In this document: positions 61,163-64,000 of the stretch, piece after piece
How the letters are laid out: every line of letters starts with the position of its first letter
How positions within the stretch are numbered: the first letter of the stretch is position 1
From: an uncultured Alphaproteobacteria bacterium
GTDB lineage: Bacteria > Pseudomonadota > Alphaproteobacteria > Rhizobiales > Rhodomicrobiaceae
NCBI GenBank assembly: GCA_963766815.1
Contig: CAVYBZ010000025.1
Span: 12,883-76,882, forward strand
Direction of reading: 5' to 3'
Length of the DNA stretch: 64,000 nt
The notes under the pieces: generated by a model
What the model was told of the DNA's origin: nothing
Databases searched by the model: none
Seen by the model: the letters and a program-made list of their open reading frames with translations, nothing else
Translations under genes and position numbers: made by a program

Positions 61163-63111
61163 ATGTATCCAGCCATTGTCTTCTTGCCCCTGGCGGGCGC
61201 GCTCCTCGCGGGGTTTTTCGGACGCACCCTTGGCGACAAATCTTCCGGCTTTTTAACGAGCCTGTTCCTCGTCGCCGCGGCGGGCCTCTCCTGGGTTGCT
61301 TTCTATCACGTCGGCTTCCTCGGCGAGGAGGCGCGCGTCCCTCTTTTCCCTTGGATCGGCGTCGGCGATCTTCAGACCTCCTGGTCTTTGCGCATCGATA
61401 CGCTGACAGCCGTGATGCTCGTGGTGGTGACCACGGTTTCGGCTCTCGTCCACATTTACTCCGTAGGCTACATGTCCGAGGACGACCGGCAGCCGCTCTT
61501 TTTTGCGGAGCTGTCGCTTTTCACCTTCGCCATGCTGGCGCTCGTCACAGCCGACAACTTCATCCAGCTCTTTTTCGGCTGGGAGGGCGTGGGGCTTGCA
61601 TCCTACCTTTTGATCGGGTTCTGGTATCACCGGCCTTCGGCGAACTCGGCCGCGATTAAGGCATTTGTCGTCAATCGCGTGGGCGATTTCGGATTCTGCG
61701 CTCGGCGTCTTCGCGATCTATTACATTTTCCGCGACGTCAATTTCGACACAGTCTTCGCCGCCGCTCGTGAGAAGCAGGCGGTTCTCATGCCCGTCTTCG
61801 GATACCAAGTGGACGCGCTCACCGTGATCTGCCTGCTTCTGTTCATGGGCGCGATGGGTAAGTCGGCGCAGTTTCTACTGCACACCTGGTTGCCCGACGC
61901 GATGGAAGGCCCGACGCCGGTCTCCGCGCTCATCCATGCGGCGACGATGGTGACCGCTGGCGTGTTCATGGTTGCGCGCCTTTCGCCTCTGTTCGAGCTT
62001 TCTTCAACGGCGTTGACCGTGGTTATGAGCATCGGAGCCATAACGGCGTTTTTCGCGGCCACCGTTGGCGTCGCCCAGAACGACATCAAGCGCGTGATCG
62101 CCTACTCGACCTGCTCACAGCTCGGTTATATGTTCGTCGCGCTCGGTCTTCGCGCCTACAGCGCCGGCATTTTCCACCTTTTCACGCACGCCTTCTTCAA
62201 AGCGCTGCTCTTTCTCGGGGCAGGCTCGGTCATCCACGCGCTGCATGGCGAGCAGGACTTGCGGAAAATGGGGGGCTTGCGCGGGCCGATACCCTTCACT
62301 TTCGCCATGATGGTGGTGGGTACGCTTTCGCTGACAGGCTTTCCGTACACCTCGGGCTTTTTCTCAAAGGACGCCATCATCGACGTGGCCGGGGCCTCGA
62401 ACGCGCCGGGCGCCCATTATGCCTACTACCTGCTGATCATCGCTGCGTTCTTGACGTCGTTTTATTCGTGGCGGCTGCTTTTCATGGCGTTCTTCGGAAA
62501 GCCGAAAGACGAGCACGCGTTCGAGCATGCTCATGAGTCGCCGCCCGTCATGACGGGTCCGCTCCTCGTCCTTGCCATTGGCGCGCTTGGGGCGGGATTC
62601 TGTCTTTGCCAACTACTTCGTCGAGCATGGCTATGCTGAGTTCTGGCGTGGCGCAATTTTCACGCTCGCAGATCACTCGATCCTGCAAGCTGCCGAGCAG
62701 GTGGAATCGCCCCTGATCAAGTGGCTGCCGACAATCATGATGGCCAGCGGGTTCCTGCTTGCTTACACAGCATATATCGCAGCGCCATGGCTGCCCGCTT
62801 GGACGGTCCGGAATTTCAAGCCCATCCACGCCTTCCTCTATAACAAGTGGTACTTCGACGAGCTGTACCATTGGATTTTCGTACGGCCCACGGCTTGGCT
62901 CGCACGCTTCCTTTGGATTTACGGCGATGGCGCGATCATCGATGGGCTCGGTCCCGACGGGATTTCGGCCCGCGTGATCGCTATTACCAAGCGCGCGGTA
63001 CGTTTTCAGACGGGCTTTGTCTACCAATACGCTTTCGTCATGCTCCTCGGCGTGGCGGTTCTCGTCAGCTATTTCGCCTATCTTTTCCGCGGGGCATTGT
63101 TCAAGATATGA
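61163..63111 (+). CDS. nuoL: NADH-quinone oxidoreductase subunit L (two apparent +1 frameshifts at 61697 and 62601, probably sequencing errors)
   Basis: [23 protein letters not shown]...[30 protein letters not shown]; removing two bases gives a continuous 648-aa ORF. Confidence 0.95.
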
Positions 63112-64000
63112 AAGATTGGCCCATTCTCACCACGATCATCCTGCTGCCGGTCGTAGGCGCTTTTTTGCTCGCGGTCCTTCGGGGAAACGACGAAACCGCG
63201 CTTAAGAATGCGCGCTGGATCGCGCTTTGGACAACGCTGATCACCTTCGCGCTCTCCTTGGTGCTTCTCGTGCAATTCGATCCGCTTCGCAGCGGCTTTC
63301 AATTCGTCGAGCACCGGCCGTGGCTGAGCAGCACGATTTCCTACTACGTCGGCGTCGATGGCCTTTCGCTGCCCTTCGTGATCCTCACGACGTTGTTGAT
63401 GCCCATCTCGATCCTCGCAAGCTGGACCTCCATCACCGAGCGTGTGAAGGAGTATATGATCGCGTTCCTGCTGCTCGAATCCCTCATGATCGGCGTGTTC
63501 TGCTCGCTCGATCTCGTGCTCTTCTATCTGTTCTTCGAGGGCGGCCTGATCCCGATGTTCATTATCATCGGCGTGTGGGGCGGCGCGCGGCGCGTATATG
63601 CGAGCTTCAAGTTCTTTCTGTACACGCTGCTTGGCTCGCTGCTCATGCTGCTCGCGATCCTTGCAATGTACGGCCAAGCGGGCACGACCGAGATCCCAAC
63701 GCTGCTCAAATATCATTTCCCGGTCAGCCTTCAGACCTGGCTATGGTTCGCGTTCCTCGCGTCTTTCGCGGTGAAGCTGCCGATGTGGCCCGTGCATACC
63801 TGGCTGCCCGACGCGCATGTCGAGGCGCCCACGGCCGGCTCGGTCATCCTGGCCGCGATCCTCCTGAAAATGGGCGGGTACGGCTTCCTGCGGTTCTCGC
63901 TTCCCATGTTCCCCGAGGCGTCGGTTAGCTACGCGCCGCTGATGTTCACGCTGGGCGTGGCGGCCATCATCTACACCTCGCTCGTCGCCTTCGCGCAGAA
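63108..64000 (+). CDS. nuoM: NADH-quinone oxidoreductase subunit M (partial, runs off the window)
   Basis: ATG overlaps the nuoL TGA; [45 protein letters not shown]. Confidence 0.96.
   Translation, partial: MKDWPILTTIILLPVVGAFLLAVLRGNDETALKNARWIALWTTLITFALSLVLLVQFDPLRSGFQFVEHRPWLSSTISYYVGVDGLSLPFVILTTLLMPISILASWTSITERVKEYMIAFLLLESLMIGVFCSLDLVLFYLFFEGGLIPMFIIIGVWGGARRVYASFKFFLYTLLGSLLMLLAILAMYGQAGTTEIPTLLKYHFPVSLQTWLWFAFLASFAVKLPMWPVHTWLPDAHVEAPTAGSVILAAILLKMGGYGFLRFSLPMFPEASVSYAPLMFTLGVAAIIYTSLVAFAQ

Noticed and set aside
61163-63111. nuoL split into three genes
   Set aside because: Two single-base insertions in the same GGATTCTG context explain it; the corrected length is a normal NuoL.

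Overview
64-kb window from a GC-rich alphaproteobacterium of the Hyphomicrobiales/Rhizobiales; the proteins are reminiscent of Rhodomicrobium, which is an impression and not a search result. Layout: (1) 0-4.2 kb: NYN-domain protein, ParB-like protein, DUF1345 protein, PAP2 phosphatase. (2) 4.8-23.9 kb: the canonical str-S10-spc-alpha ribosomal superoperon (rpsL to rplQ, with fusA, tuf, secY, adk, rpoA). (3) 24.5-31.6 kb: an accessory island directly after rplQ. It carries an uncharacterised 330-aa protein overlapping a 1016-aa protein with two different P-loop ATPase domains (AAA+-like and HerA/FtsK-like), a TIR-7xTPR protein, toxin-antitoxin debris and a coiled-coil protein. This is the best candidate for an undescribed, probably defence-related system. 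(4) 31.9-38.3 kb: a PdeM-like metallophosphoesterase lacking most metal ligands, a TIGR02186/TauE pair, a PodJ-like Sel1 protein, yjbQ and cpdR. (5) 38.5-47 kb: FAD monooxygenase flanked by palindromic repeats, including a nested MITE with terminal inverted repeats and an 8-bp target duplication; M50-CBS protease; DUF1007; an S8 protease/anti-sigma/ECF sigma cluster; DUF992; a candidate sRNA. (6) 47-56 kb: acyl-CoA synthetase, ABC solute-binding protein, IalB-family protein, GAF-PP2C phosphatase, nitroreductase, pgl. (7) 56.2-64 kb: nuoG-nuoM, with no nuoA-F upstream. Several essential genes (rplE, rpsE, rpmD, nuoL) carry single-base indels, so this is probably an error-prone (long-read) assembly and single-base pseudogene calls are unreliable. 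No rRNA, tRNA or CRISPR array was recognised.
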